DNA from: Setoptus koraiensis
Taxonomy: Eukaryota > Animalia > Arthropoda
DNA length: 64,000 nucleotides
NCBI GenBank assembly: GCA_048013815.1
Contig: CM106586.1
Span: forward strand, 9,548,001-9,612,000
Direction of reading: 5' to 3'
Positions 23,097-35,703 of this stretch are shown piece after piece. The notes below the pieces were generated by a model. It was given only the letters and a program-made list of their open reading frames with translations, made no database searches and was not told the DNA's origin. Both the position numbers and the translations under genes were made by a program. Positions within the stretch are counted from its first letter, which is position 1, and each line of letters starts with the position of its first letter.

Positions 23097-26000
23097 TATG
23101 CAGTTTTGATAAATTCAGTATAAGTATTGTTTATTTCCGATATATTCGATTGCTGAAATTATTCAGAGGGTCTATTGCATTTGGTCGCTGTAATTAATAT
23201 CTATTAGAGTTGATTAATCAATTGTAATAATGGTTGAAGAATGGCGATTCATGAGAGTCATGTGCTATCAAATGAATTGCGTCATCCATTTAAGTTGACC
23301 TCTCATGATCTCTTGAGACAGTCTCGAGGATATGCAGACGTAGACTGTAGTATCCGTTAGTCTCACTAGGCACATCTATGAAGTTCATTTGTGGTAATTT
23401 ATAACGGTGAACTAATTTAGTGACTCACGTAGTATCCTATGACTTAACCTGTAAGTATATGCTTGTTACTTTAAATCGCCGACTCAGGTATATTTCAGGT
23501 TTTCTAATAGGCAAGCCAGTAGTCGCGGCAATGCTTGTTTGTGACTAGTGAACACAAAGCAGGTAACTCGGCAACTAGTAAGACGGCTTGTTGTGTTCCT
23601 ATCCAATTCGTTTCTATTGCTTATTATTCTGTTTTACATAACATTGAGGCAATTGCAATTAAATTTTTGCTTTTGTTTGTTCATTTGTCGTAGACCTGGG
23701 ACTGTAAGATCTATTTGAGAGCAAACTTTCAACCGTGACTATTCAAAACAATATTGCTAATTGGGACATCTAGTTGTTTACTTGAATGATGCATGATTTT
23801 GTTCAGATTGTGTGTTATTAAGTAATTTCAAATCGTAACTTTTGAATCACAAGGACATACAATATTATGAGAATGAATAGAATATTTTCATATTATCAAC
23901 ACATTAGTTGGCTTATAATGGATGGTTGAGAAAGTTGTCAGTTTGGCACGTTGGCATGTTAGTCTCTATAGATTATACATGTGAGAATTCATTTGTGCTG
24001 TTTGGAAATGAAAAGTGCACGCAACGGTTATCTCCGTGTCTTTAATATATTTGTTGCTGTTGCAAGATTTGTTGCGTTCTTTTAATTTCCCCATTAGATA
24101 GCTAATGAGCTTCTGTTCGCTGCAGTCTTAATACATAATTATTGGCAGCAATAATAATAATAACAGACTACAATGATACTGAACATAAGAAGAGAAATAA
24201 ATTTGATTACTTACTTGTTTATCGGAGAGACACGATGTAGAGGTTGTCAGGTATATGTTGGTTATTGCAAGTATCTGTTTGATTTAGATTGTTGAGACCG
24301 TTGAGCAGTGTAGAGCAAGAGTTACTTTAGTAATTGTTATAATTAGTGATTGTTAGATCTTGTTAGGATTTTTTGACAGACAATATGTGATTGGTGCTGT
24401 GATTTGTTTTGTATTCTAGGACATCGCTCGGTAGTTGCAAGTGGGGATCTGGTGAGTCATGGCTAGCAAATGCCTATCGCATTGCATCGTTGAGTCACGT
24501 TTTAGCTTGTCGGTGCAATGTGAATATTGGCATATATGAAGAAAAGTCACTGTTATAGTGAGGTTTTCAGTGAACAATGTAGTTGTCAGTGGTGTTCATT
24601 ACGTGAATGTGAGGCTCCGGTGTAGCAAGTTCACGTTAATAGTAACGCTAGTTATTGTTGTAAGTAACAGCTGATACGATGTGGCCGATGGAAATAGGTT
24701 GGAGGGAATATGTTGAATTGGTTCAAACTGTAATGTATAATGAGAATGAACGAAATACACGATAAATGGTGGTCGTTGTTATAACGATGTTCTTGTTGCT
24801 GCCAAATCCGATGCCTGACAACAAACGTATCAGATTAAAGTTGGTTATCTTTGTTGCTATTATTATTACGTATTCTGCCTTTTTCTCTCTCTCTCCCTCC
24901 GCTAATATCAATATGTGTGTTTGTGTGTGTGTCTTAGAATGCTGCTGTCTAGCACATTTCCTGGTTCCGATATAACTAAGGCCACTCACTTCATTCAGGA
25001 TGGATCGACAATTATGTCAATATTGATTATTATTATTTTTGTAATAATCTTTGCCAATAATAATGGTGTGCAATAATGGTAATATTTGTGGTATTGCCAG
25101 ACGCTGGTCGTTTAAATCTTGCTCGTGTGTCAACAATCACAAGCGACCATTATTCGTCACGTTTATTTCGTCATTAGTATGCGATTGCTATTATCGTCGT
25201 GTTTACCATTTTAATAATAATACTTCGATAAACACATCGGATTTGTTCGTCTCGAGCTGTTGCCAATTTTTAATCTAAACAGTGTAGCGTAGTTGACAAC
25301 AATATTCTACATCTAGAATAAGCTAGACGGAACTGGTTAGCACAATCTTATCACTGAAGGTTTAATGTCGCCAATGCAAATGCTATTTGTATATTTTATC
25401 GCTAATATTGATATTGTTATTTTATTCGGTCGAGTGATGCGAATCGCAAATAATAGTAGTAAACAAAGAAAACTTGTAACGCTCGCAGGGCTGCGAGAGC
25501 GAAGGAATTCTCTCAGCTGGACTCGGGAGCACTGAACTGGCGAGTTTAAGGCTCGTTGTTGCGCGCACACTGGCAAAAGAAATTCGATTCGAATGTCGAA
25601 CACATCACACATTGCTCGTGTTCGCTGTTTCGCCAAGCGCGAAAATCTTGCATTTCTCACAACCAACCAAACATTGTCAGATACTTGCAGTAGACAGAAA
25701 ATTCTTTGTTGTTATCATGCCTGCATTCTAAATTCATAATTGGTTTGCAATGTCATACCTGAAATTGTGTTAATTGCATGAACAACATTTGGTAGGATTG
25801 TGTTTGTTCATAGAAATCTACAAGATTTGCTATCGGTCACAATCTGTTGGTTGGGCGATAAATACAGGGTGCCTCACAAACTCAGCGACGAGATAATGTG
25901 TGTAATGTAGGGTCTTGTGTCAATTCTATTGGTCACCTTGGCACAGCAGCGAGAGTTCTCATCATCTCAATAGAAAATTGAGAGGAACGGCAGTCGCCTA

Positions 26001-26771
26001 AGACATTCAGCAGAAAATGCAACATGCAGACTTCATGTCAGGAAGCTTATTTTATTTTGATAGAAAAGCATGATATCTTCAACTAATGTGATGAACTTGC
26101 TAATGGCAATCAACGACACAAGCTTATCCTTTCCGGTAGTCAGCTTAGTGTGTGTGTATGTGTTGTTAGAACGTTGCTATTGCGTTAAGGGTGTTCTTAT
26201 CGAAACGAAGCACTATTTTCTACAAAAACCTACGTTCGAGTAAATAAAGCATTGTGGATTTCCCAGTGTGGAAGACAGCGTATCCTCGGTAGTTTTCGTT
26301 GTGTTACGACTGAGGCACTCCTCAGCCACCAATCAAGCTGAAAGCATCCATCAATAGTCGGCAAGAGAACGAGCCTATCTCTGTCTTGACTTAAGACTCT
26401 TGAGAGCTGATGACATCTACCGACTAACTAACTGCTGAAGGTTGCTGAGGATGAAGTCTCAACTCTGGACAAGTTTATCGACTAATTCAATTCAGTCCAG
26501 TTGTTATTATTGCCTTGCATGGACGAAACTGATAGTCGCGTCACTAGCGTGCTCCAGTAATGTGATGGATACAAACTGGCGATATGAGCAAATTGAAAAT
26601 TTACTGCAATTTGAGTTGCTCGCGAGTGTGACGTATAGTTGGAGTGATGTTTACATTTTGTATCTCTCTGCTATCAATCTAGTGCTGACTCTTCTGATAC
26701 AGTGAAGAGGCAGCTGTACTGTAGTGAGCTTGGGCTAGATAATATAGAACAGCTCGAGAGTAGTAGCCAGC

Positions 26772-27194
26772 TTAAGATGGGCTCGTGATTGAGTAGTAAG
26801 TATAGGATGCCGGATCATATCTTTCTCCACCAACAAAATTAACATTGGTTTGCTGGTTACATAAGGGGCAGGGCGGCAATTGTCTTGCTAATTCGGTGAA
26901 GTGATGCTGGCATTGTCGACACCTATACCAGTGATAACCGGTGGGTAGGGGGATAACATTTTCACAAACTCGACACCGTTTGGCACCGTGCTTGGGCCGT
27001 CCAATTGTGGGCTTGCAGCCATCTCTACGACACGTAGAGATGACAACAATTTTCGTTGACTTGGATCCTGTTATTGTTTCTTGACATTCTGTTTGTGCTT
27101 GGTCGTGTTCGTTTTGTGCAGGTACACAGATGATTGTGTCATCAGTTTCAAGTGTTCGGCCGCTGCTGTTGCTATTCTTGGCGTGGATTTCCAT
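26772..27194 (-). CDS. Small Cys-rich zinc-finger/zinc-ribbon protein (140 aa)
   Basis: ATG-started ORF with C-x4-C followed by three CxxC pairs (CRVC, CRQC, CPLC). Confidence 0.55.
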   Translation of the reverse strand: MEIHAKNSNSSGRTLETDDTIICVPAQNEHDQAQTECQETITGSKSTKIVVISTCRRDGCKPTIGRPKHGAKRCRVCENVIPLPTGYHWYRCRQCQHHFTELARQLPPCPLCNQQTNVNFVGGERYDPASYTYYSITSPS

Positions 27195-27748
27195 TGTGTT
27201 GCTTCGAATCCTTCTGCTCGAATAAGATGTCTTCGATAAAACAAGGCGTGTTCACTGTTTCATTCTTAGCTACTATTGTACCACCTACTATAATTAAAAC
27301 TAACTGCTAATTGTAAACTGGAAATATCGAACACTCAAAAAATCAAAAAAGAACAAGTCCCGTTTTGAGAAAAATCAAAATCGAATACTGCGTCACCTCA
27401 GGCTGTCAGAAGAGAGGATTCTATGAGCAGCCGCCTGGCGGCGAAAATATTCGCGGACATGCGCGCTACACAGTGCAGCGGAACGGGCCCTACCGGTCAG
27501 TGAGCGAATCAGTAAAAAACTCTCAAAGAAAATGTCGCAAATGTCACACAATTAACGGCCCTTGAATGTCAAACTTTGCATTCGTAACAAGGCGAAATCT
27601 CCTAACCTAACTACAGTTTATTGAGTGTTCAAGGACATATAGATGGTCATAATTGTATAACATTACCACCGAATGCACAACATTCTGAACGACTTTCAAA
27701 AATTTAACAACTTTTGTTGCTTGGACCACACTGATTGGTGAATTAGTT

Positions 27749-29704
27749 CTAAAACAATCCTTGGATTTTGCCAGTTTTAGTGTCAATACTAATATCGAAA
27801 AATGCTGGTCGTGTTGGCAAGCCAGGCATAGTAGATATCTCACCTGCTAAGGCGTAAATAAAACCAGCGCCAGCAGAAACATTTATGTCTACGATGGGGA
27901 AGGTGTAATTGCTTGGTGCTCCCTTCATTTTAGGATCATGCGATATAGATAAATGTGTTTTAGCAATACACAAAGGCAGCGATCCAAAACCGTTCGATTC
28001 TAGCAATTCTATCTTCTTTAGCACTTCGTCTGACATCTTTACGGCGAGGGCACCGTAAACCTTACTGGTTATAGTATTGATCTTGTACAAAATTGGGCCT
28101 TCAACATCGTACAGAAAGTTTCCTTTGACGCCGGACTCTCGTTGTTTCTTGCAAACCTCGATTACACCATTGGCCAATTCTATCGCACCTTTGCCACCTT
28201 GAGCCCAATTGTCCGCAATACGACAATCGCTAGCGCCTGCCTCTATTGCCTTCTGTTTGACATAATCCAACTCTTCTTGTGTGTCATCCTTGAATTTGTT
28301 CAAAGCCACAACGACTGGCACATGGAAATTTTCAGTTATGTTTTTTATATGGGCATTCATATTGATAAGACCGTTATCTATAGCAACTTTGTCATCGGCG
28401 TCCTTGTTCTGCAGTAAATCACGACCGTGCATCTTGAGCGCTCTGATTGTGCTAACTAAAACCGCGCAATTAGGCATCAAATTAGAATATCTACACTTAA
28501 TGTCGATGAATTTCTCAAATCCAACATCCGAAGCAAAACCTGCCTCAGTCACAACGAAACCATCGGGTCCTACTAGTTCTAATGCGAGCTTGTCGGCAAT
28601 AATAGAAGAATTACCGTGAGCAATATTTGCAAATGGTCCGCAATGAACCAAAAGAGGTGTACCCTCGATAGTTTGCATGATAGTAGGATGAATTGAGTCT
28701 TTGAGAAGAGCGCATACTGCACCATCGACACAAAGATCTTCGCAAGTGACCGGTCTGCGCCTCTTGTTTTCGTCCTCTTTTGAGAATCCAACAACAATTT
28801 TCGCCACTCGCTTACAAACATCTTCAAAATCTGATGCTAATGCCAGTATCGCCATAATCTCACTGACCACTGAAATGGCGAATTTAGTTTCTCTCGTTTT
28901 GCCCTTCTCAGTTGGCGATTGTCCAACGGTGATCTTTCTGAGATACCTGTCGTTTGTGTCTATAACTCTGGTCCATGTTATGGTATCAGGATCTAGATCT
29001 AGTCGGGCAAATTTTCTCTTTTGTTCTTCGGACAACTCTGTGGGCTTCAGTGCGCTTGAAATACCTAAGCGCTCTAGACGATTTTTTTGAGCCTCCGTAA
29101 AAGTCGGCAAACCTTTCGAGCCTGGCTTATCAACGAGCCGCCTGAATAGATCGAAGTCATTTTGAGTGGACTCATGGAACATTCTGGCATCTATGGCCGC
29201 CGCTACAAGATTGTTAGCCGCTGTAACTGCATGAATGTCACCAGTTAAGTGCATGTTGAATTCGTCCATGGGCCAAACTTGACTGTATCCACCACCAGCC
29301 GCTCCACCTTTCATACCGAAAGTGGGCCCTTGTGACGGCTGACGAATACAGGCGAAAGAGTTTTTGCCGAGGTGAGCAGTGAGACCCTGAACCAAACCAA
29401 TGGTAGTGGTAGATTTGCCCTCACCGAATGATGTAGGCGTGATACCTGTTACAACTACATAATATCCGAGAGCGTCATCACTTTTGGTGACCTTCTGAGT
29501 CACTTTTGCCTTGTACTTTCCATATTGATCAAAGTCTTTGATATTTATTTCTTCGCACAATTGACTGATTTCCTTTCCGACAATTGAGTCTGCTATATCT
29601 ATATCGCTGGGAACTGGTTGTTGGGGTTTAATGGGAGTCGGCTTCAGCGACCAGAGACCTCTTTGCTTTTGAGGCAGCTTACAGCAGGCTGAGATGGCGG
29701 CCAT
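27749..29704 (-). CDS. MTHFD1L: Formate-tetrahydrofolate ligase (synthetase domain of the MTHFD1/MTHFD1L family), intronless
   Basis: GITPT.FGEGKSTTTIGL, RQPSQGPTFG.KGGAAGGGYSQ, HLTGDIHA, GPFANIAHG.SS, TEAGF, TMPGLPTRP. Eukaryote-type insert FHESTQ...LFRRLV. Confidence 0.93.
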   Translation of the reverse strand: MAAISACCKLPQKQRGLWSLKPTPIKPQQPVPSDIDIADSIVGKEISQLCEEINIKDFDQYGKYKAKVTQKVTKSDDALGYYVVVTGITPTSFGEGKSTTTIGLVQGLTAHLGKNSFACIRQPSQGPTFGMKGGAAGGGYSQVWPMDEFNMHLTGDIHAVTAANNLVAAAIDARMFHESTQNDFDLFRRLVDKPGSKGLPTFTEAQKNRLERLGISSALKPTELSEEQKRKFARLDLDPDTITWTRVIDTNDRYLRKITVGQSPTEKGKTRETKFAISVVSEIMAILALASDFEDVCKRVAKIVVGFSKEDENKRRRPVTCEDLCVDGAVCALLKDSIHPTIMQTIEGTPLLVHCGPFANIAHGNSSIIADKLALELVGPDGFVVTEAGFASDVGFEKFIDIKCRYSNLMPNCAVLVSTIRALKMHGRDLLQNKDADDKVAIDNGLINMNAHIKNITENFHVPVVVALNKFKDDTQEELDYVKQKAIEAGASDCRIADNWAQGGKGAIELANGVIEVCKKQRESGVKGNFLYDVEGPILYKINTITSKVYGALAVKMSDEVLKKIELLESNGFGSLPLCIAKTHLSISHDPKMKGAPSNYTFPIVDINVSAGAGFIYALAGEISTMPGLPTRPAFFDISIDTKTGKIQGLF

Positions 29705-31258
29705 TTTGGATTAACTAAGATTCTCGGTGAAAAACTATTTTTTTCTACGACAGGTCAAGTTTTGAGATGAATTAACGTGTGTGGCGTGTCGAAATTATTG
29801 CAACAGTAACGCGATAGCTATAACTGTGTGTGTTCTATCAAACTTGCCTTTATTAATTGATTATTTATCACTAACATTCAATTTCACTCTTTTTTGTCTT
29901 TTTGTTGATCAAGTTTGTATTTCAATGCCCTAGACGCCTGCAATAAGCCAGTGAGACCAACAAAAACATTCACGCTAAATAGACTCCAATTTTTTGGCAC
30001 AATAACTAGCGAGTATCTGGACCAGATTATGCCTGTGGCAGCTAATGAAGATGATTGCGAAAGACTAATAGAGTCGGCTGGCCTTGATATGTCGCTTATA
30101 CCTGCCAGAACGAGGCACTAGAGATGATGTTAAATTGATAAGAGAATGGTACGATTGACGATAAGTGAGATGTGGGTGTAAGACAACATGGTTGACAAAC
30201 AACAACGACGACGGCGACGACAACAACAACAACAACAACGGCGCTTGATTTATTCAAATGCTGCTGCCATTGCTGCTGATCAAGCGGCACACTTGCTTCA
30301 CTCGACTCATGCGCTCAGGGCAAACACCTACCCATTTCCAGGCTGGAGCCCAGAAAAAAACTGTTTTCGGGCCGGCTGGATGATTCCAGAGATTTTTTGA
30401 GTAGTTCGCTATGGTCGACATGGTCTCTGGATGGAATATAGATTGTTGCTTTGATGTGAATAATAAATTGAATTGAAGCAGAGCCTCTTTCCCTTTGATT
30501 CTGTCTGTCTGTCTATCTATCTATCTGGGCATATCTGCTGCTGCTGCGGCTGCGACGTACTCCGTGTACCAATAATACGAGTATAGCTGAGTGTTAGTTA
30601 GTAGATGGCTAAGATAGCAGTGGTAATAATAGTTGTAATAATAATAGTAGTTATAATAGCAGTGAAAATCTTGTTACGCCACCGACTAATGATGATGATT
30701 ACGTCAATGAATATCGCCAGGCGAAAGGAGTCACATTTGTCAGCACTCTAACATCTGACCTTGAAGGGTTGTTGTGTGACGCGCGCCAATTTTAAACGAG
30801 CCGAAAAGCAATTTTTTCGCGCATCAACATTCCCCCATTTGGCTGGCTATCTCAATAAGAAAATTGGCCCCAATCGAAAACTTGACAGCTAACCCATATC
30901 AAGTAATCCACATTGAGTAACCGACATCGAGCTCACGTCGTGCCCCGATGGCCAAGTCGCAACACTTGACCGTATGCGATAGCTGATTGGCTATCGCAAC
31001 TGCCAATTGCATCACACACAGAGGAAGCCTCGATCAAACTAATCAGGTGTCAACAGACGGCAGTGACAAGGACTGTAATAAGTTATATTGTAGATTATAT
31101 TGCCTAAAACAAATACAGAAAATGTTAACAATGACTATATAATTTAATCGCGAGCCGTGAAACAATTTCTCGGGGCCGAGCCGCGTTGTCGCATTAGAGA
31201 TGACAACTTGGCGCGCTCTTCATTGACACACCAGCAGCATCGGGTACCCCATCCCAAT

Positions 31259-34200
31259 CTATCTTTTCCTCCTTTTACCTGCTGCAGGTTGATGGTCCGT
31301 TGTATAGACAGTGGTCCTAGTGGCTGGAGTGAATTGAGTTGTGTGCATGATTGTCGTGTGCGTTGGCACGGCTTGAGTCTCCGTCAGGTAGGTGGTTGTT
31401 TTCTTGGGCATTGGCGGCACAACAAAACTACCTGTCTGACGAGTTATGCCACTGAAACCGGGTGGCGAGGGCACCGATGGTACAACGCCGCGAATCGTTG
31501 GCATAGGTATGGTGATCCTTATGTTGGGTATGCCTTGTTTGATTGTTGCGCCCAAATTGCGTATAAAACTGACGGGATTACTTCCGTCGTCCACGGTTTG
31601 CACTTGTTGTTGCTGTCGAATTGTTACCGATCTACTTCCAGTGCTGGAGCCGTACTGGCCAGTTGATTGGGGATCTGCAAGATCCCTTTGAACTATCGGG
31701 GGTGCTGGTATTGCTGGCACCATGATGGTGCGAGTCACCGGAATCACCATCGGAGATATAGGGGCCATTTGAACTGGCACTGGTACCTCTTTGATGATTT
31801 CTCGGATTATTTGCCGAGGCGCCGGCGCGGCAGTAGGTGCCGGTGCGGGCGACGGGGCGGCATTAGCTGTTATAAATAAGGGTTGAATTTCCCTCACTAT
31901 AGTGGTTGGCGGCGGAGATTGCTGGGGAACTGGTGCCGATTGCCTGGTCTGAGTGATTTGACGCTGGCCATTACTGTTGCCGTCGGCATTGTTGTTATTG
32001 TTGCTGTTGCCGTTGCTGTTGTAGTAATGATAATGATGTTCTTGACGAATCAAGTTCGGCTGAGGTGTCGGCGATGGCGGGGTCACCACCCTGGCAAGGG
32101 GCTGAGGTTCGGCAGGCACAACATTGAGCATGGCGCGAGAAGAATAGTCCGAATGCTGATAACTGCCATAAGAATTATCTACATTATTTGGCAGACTAGA
32201 CGGATCTCTCTGAGGGGTCGGATTTGCTGCAACACTCATTTGACCGTAGTTACCTCCATACGGATTATTGCTAGTGCTGCTGATACTGCTGGTGCTACCG
32301 TAAGACGAATATTGGGGCTGAGATTGAGGTAGCGCGGCAACAGGTGCCACTGGTTCCCTGTTGAGTTCATTGAGTGGTATCATTTCCGGTTGTTGGCCGC
32401 TTGTTGTGTCGACAATTGCAGTTGGAGGTGCTTGTGTTGGCTGTTGTTGCGGTTGTGCTTGTTGTACAACGTTGCTGTAGCTGTCCGATACAGTCCCGTA
32501 GCTTGTTCCGTAACTTGTGCCGTAATTACCATAATAACTACTGCTGATTGGTTGATTACTTGGGCTCGGGTCAGCGTTCGCTGGTGCCGATTGCACCTGA
32601 ATTGTGGTTGGTCGAGACAGCGAAACCCAAGTGTTGTCCATTGAAGTTTGTGGTTGCGATGAATAAATATAGTTGACATCAGAGGCTGATTTTTGTGCAC
32701 TCTCAACAACATTTGATTGATTGTTTGATTGATTGTCCACACCGGAATGATGGGCACTCGTTTGCGACGCGCCTGATGTCTTAACGACTGGTTGCCATTT
32801 GTTACCGTATATTATCTCGCTAGTGTTAGTAGATTTGATTGGCTTGGTATCGTCTTCTGACTCCCTCGCATCATCAGTGACTTCTTTTGTGCCTTTTGAG
32901 TTCGATGATTTGGATTCTACTGCGTAGGATACTAAATCTGAGACAGATTTTCTCCCCTGATTTCGTGCTGGCAACTCAATCACTTCCAAAGATCTGGAGT
33001 CGAATTGATCTGAACGCGATCTGCTGGGATTCGTATGGTCACCGGTGGTATCAAGTCGACCATTCTCATTCGAATTGTCATCGCTCTCAGCTTTTCTAGC
33101 TTGTCCTGAGCTCACGGCATCAAGTGGAAGAAATTTCGTCATTCTTCTACTCCCGTTGATACCTCTATTCTCGGATGCAGATTGCGACAAGAAAAACTCT
33201 CTATTGTTGTACAATTCATACTTATCATCTTGACGGTTTGATCCTCTATCAGCTAAGTCCTGTCTGGATTTATCGTTGTCTTGCTGGTTGTGCCAGCCAG
33301 AAAATCTTTCCAGAATTTCACCGTGCTTACTGAAATCTTTTTTTGTTTCATCAGAAGATAGGCGCATCGAAGAACCCACTACAACCGACTCATACAGATT
33401 TTTCTTTTTTGCCACTTTGTTGTCGCTATTTGTCGGATTTCTTGATTCTGTCTGTGCCACTTTCCTCTCAATTGGCTTCCATTTAGTTGGATTGGTAACC
33501 CTAATCTCGGCGTCAGTTTGTTCATCTTTAACTTCGCTCCCTCGAGTATGTTGGTGATTTTCATCTTTCTCTGCGACGAATGGTGCCCATTTATAGTCAG
33601 TGGAGGAGGATTTTGCATTCTCTGTAGGCTTGCTAGGAGTCTGTTCTCCCTCCTCTATATCAAATGCCTGCATGTAACGATTGTTTATTATGGATCTTTG
33701 AGCTGTTGATGATGATTCATCCTCCGCCCCAAACGAATCATCTCTTCTATCAATCGTCAGAACTTTTTGGTCTTGTTCAACGTTGGTTAGTTGCCGACGT
33801 CGGGAAAGTGATTGCGCATTTAGATTTGTCTTCTTGTTTTTAGTTGCGGGATCACCTTGCTTTCTAATCGAGTGATTGTCATGATCTGAAGGGCCGAAAA
33901 ATTTGCTCATTGTTGACATTACTTGATTATCACCATAAGCGTGGTTTAATTTGATTCTGTTGATTTTTTGTGTAAAAGTCTCTTTGGGCCGCTCGTAGTT
34001 GTCGTTGTTCTTTGATTGCTGATAATTTATACCTCTAATGATTTGAACCGGATCATGGGTATCAATATCTATCTTCAGACCATTGGCAATATATTTGACT
34101 GAATTGTTGGCCCCAATGTTGCCGTGATATATCAAATATCCTTTTGATGCTGATTGATCGCTCTGGGACCTTTCACCAGAATTATTTTGGTCATCATAGT

Positions 34201-34462
34201 GTGAATTGACCGTCTTGAGTTGATGATTAGAGAAGATTCTTCTATTAGGTGGTGGTAAATTCTTTGTGAAACTAATCAATTTCACTGGTTGATAGGAACC
34301 AGTATTGGATGAGGCCGATATGGTGTTTTCATCGTCGTCCCAATCGACTAGTTTAGCTGGGTTTGCATTTGAATCGCCTGAGTCACTTTCACTTTGCACT
34401 AATACAATAATTTGCAATACGATGAACACAAGAATGGGAAGAATTTTTGATAAGTTCTTCAT
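31259..34462 (-). CDS. Orphan secreted low-complexity protein (1067 aa)
   Basis: 3.2-kb uninterrupted ORF with a clear signal peptide; S/N/Q/D-rich body and a P/T/V/I-rich C-terminal third. Confidence 0.8.
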   Translation of the reverse strand: MKNLSKILPILVFIVLQIIVLVQSESDSGDSNANPAKLVDWDDDENTISASSNTGSYQPVKLISFTKNLPPPNRRIFSNHQLKTVNSHYDDQNNSGERSQSDQSASKGYLIYHGNIGANNSVKYIANGLKIDIDTHDPVQIIRGINYQQSKNNDNYERPKETFTQKINRIKLNHAYGDNQVMSTMSKFFGPSDHDNHSIRKQGDPATKNKKTNLNAQSLSRRRQLTNVEQDQKVLTIDRRDDSFGAEDESSSTAQRSIINNRYMQAFDIEEGEQTPSKPTENAKSSSTDYKWAPFVAEKDENHQHTRGSEVKDEQTDAEIRVTNPTKWKPIERKVAQTESRNPTNSDNKVAKKKNLYESVVVGSSMRLSSDETKKDFSKHGEILERFSGWHNQQDNDKSRQDLADRGSNRQDDKYELYNNREFFLSQSASENRGINGSRRMTKFLPLDAVSSGQARKAESDDNSNENGRLDTTGDHTNPSRSRSDQFDSRSLEVIELPARNQGRKSVSDLVSYAVESKSSNSKGTKEVTDDARESEDDTKPIKSTNTSEIIYGNKWQPVVKTSGASQTSAHHSGVDNQSNNQSNVVESAQKSASDVNYIYSSQPQTSMDNTWVSLSRPTTIQVQSAPANADPSPSNQPISSSYYGNYGTSYGTSYGTVSDSYSNVVQQAQPQQQPTQAPPTAIVDTTSGQQPEMIPLNELNREPVAPVAALPQSQPQYSSYGSTSSISSTSNNPYGGNYGQMSVAANPTPQRDPSSLPNNVDNSYGSYQHSDYSSRAMLNVVPAEPQPLARVVTPPSPTPQPNLIRQEHHYHYYNSNGNSNNNNNADGNSNGQRQITQTRQSAPVPQQSPPPTTIVREIQPLFITANAAPSPAPAPTAAPAPRQIIREIIKEVPVPVQMAPISPMVIPVTRTIMVPAIPAPPIVQRDLADPQSTGQYGSSTGSRSVTIRQQQQVQTVDDGSNPVSFIRNLGATIKQGIPNIRITIPMPTIRGVVPSVPSPPGFSGITRQTGSFVVPPMPKKTTTYLTETQAVPTHTTIMHTTQFTPATRTTVYTTDHQPAAGKRRKR

Positions 34463-35703
34463 TGTTATAATTATTTGTAGTATTATATAATATCTAACGA
34501 TGATAGTTGCAATTCCCTTTTTTTGATTTAAATTTTATGCTAGCAGTTTATTACATTTATATACCAGAAGAAGTGACGAACGTTCGTTGATTGTTGTGTC
34601 GTTGATGGAGATTTTTGCGAAATGAAACTTACTAGATGATAATCAACTTGAGTTGGCCAACTGTAGGTCAAAATGCCAACACGTGAACTTATAATATCAA
34701 AACCAATAAATTAACTGACTATGTTGATTCGGTGGTAGGCATTAACCTGAAGATGCTTCTCTTCTTCTGTTATGAAATCTCGATGTTTACAATTATTCGT
34801 TTGTTTCTATCAAAGCCAATCAGAAATACTTATCTATCATGCTTTGTTTGTTCAGTTATTTCTTTACTTTTAATTACTTTTATCCGGTAATGATGATGAT
34901 TATGCATAATATATCAAAACCAAAATGATCTGTTATCAAACACGAGTTGAATGCCTATCGGCTTGCTTGTCTAAAGGCTTTATCGTATTTCCTGAGTTTT
35001 GTCTTAGGTTACAATCAAGAGTTATGGGGATTTTTTTCGCCATTATCATAATGGTCGAATTGTTACACAGCAAATCAGCGATGGAAAGAAACACGCCAAT
35101 GTGCTTGTTGTATATTTGTCATTGACCGAGAGAAAGTCTTAAAACTTTGAGCTCTAGATAAGCCTAATCTCTTGAGCTCTGATCAACAACAAAATTATTA
35201 ATCCTGATGAAAATAAACGAAATGGAATTTCACTTGAGCTCTCATGTATCTCATGAGCTGTTGATCTTTATGTACAATGACCCATAGCTGAGGGCATCGA
35301 ATTAGATTAAGCTATACTTTTTCCACCACCATCATCATCATCAGATTTTCAATCATTTGTTAATTCAATAATAGACAATATTGTACACAAGTGAAAACAA
35401 GTTGTTAATCGGTGTAACGGGATAAATACAAACATCAGAGCATCTCCTCCAGTTTAACGCTGAATGAACTTTGAAAAGCATCAATGATGTAATCACGACC
35501 TGTTCATCGTTATGTCAGAATAGTATCCCTTATCTGAGATAATCTGCTCAACGACAAAGACGATGACGTAAGTATGTAAGTGGAGCTGAAAATTAGATGC
35601 TGAAGTGTGGCGTTAATAACAAGCTTTCCGTTCAATCTTTATTATCAATAATTATCACGACGATGATAAAAAAGAACAGCAGAATCTAAAGAAAGATTAT
35701 TTA

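Noticed and set aside
24215-24720. Minus-strand frame that reads S/T/N/H-rich over ~500 nt with scattered stops
   Set aside because: Explainable by CAA-rich compositional bias; no homology recognised.
27749-29704. Horizontal transfer of the intronless FTHFS from bacteria
   Set aside because: It carries the eukaryote-type insert, and neighbouring clearly eukaryotic genes are also intronless.
29915-30121. 68-aa frame faintly like a SAC3/PCI C-terminal segment
   Set aside because: Similarity too weak, non-ATG start, and no partner exons found.
34930-35570. Stop-riddled protein-like stretches and a GTAAGT donor at ~35568
   Set aside because: May be another pseudogene, but it is unidentifiable from sequence alone.
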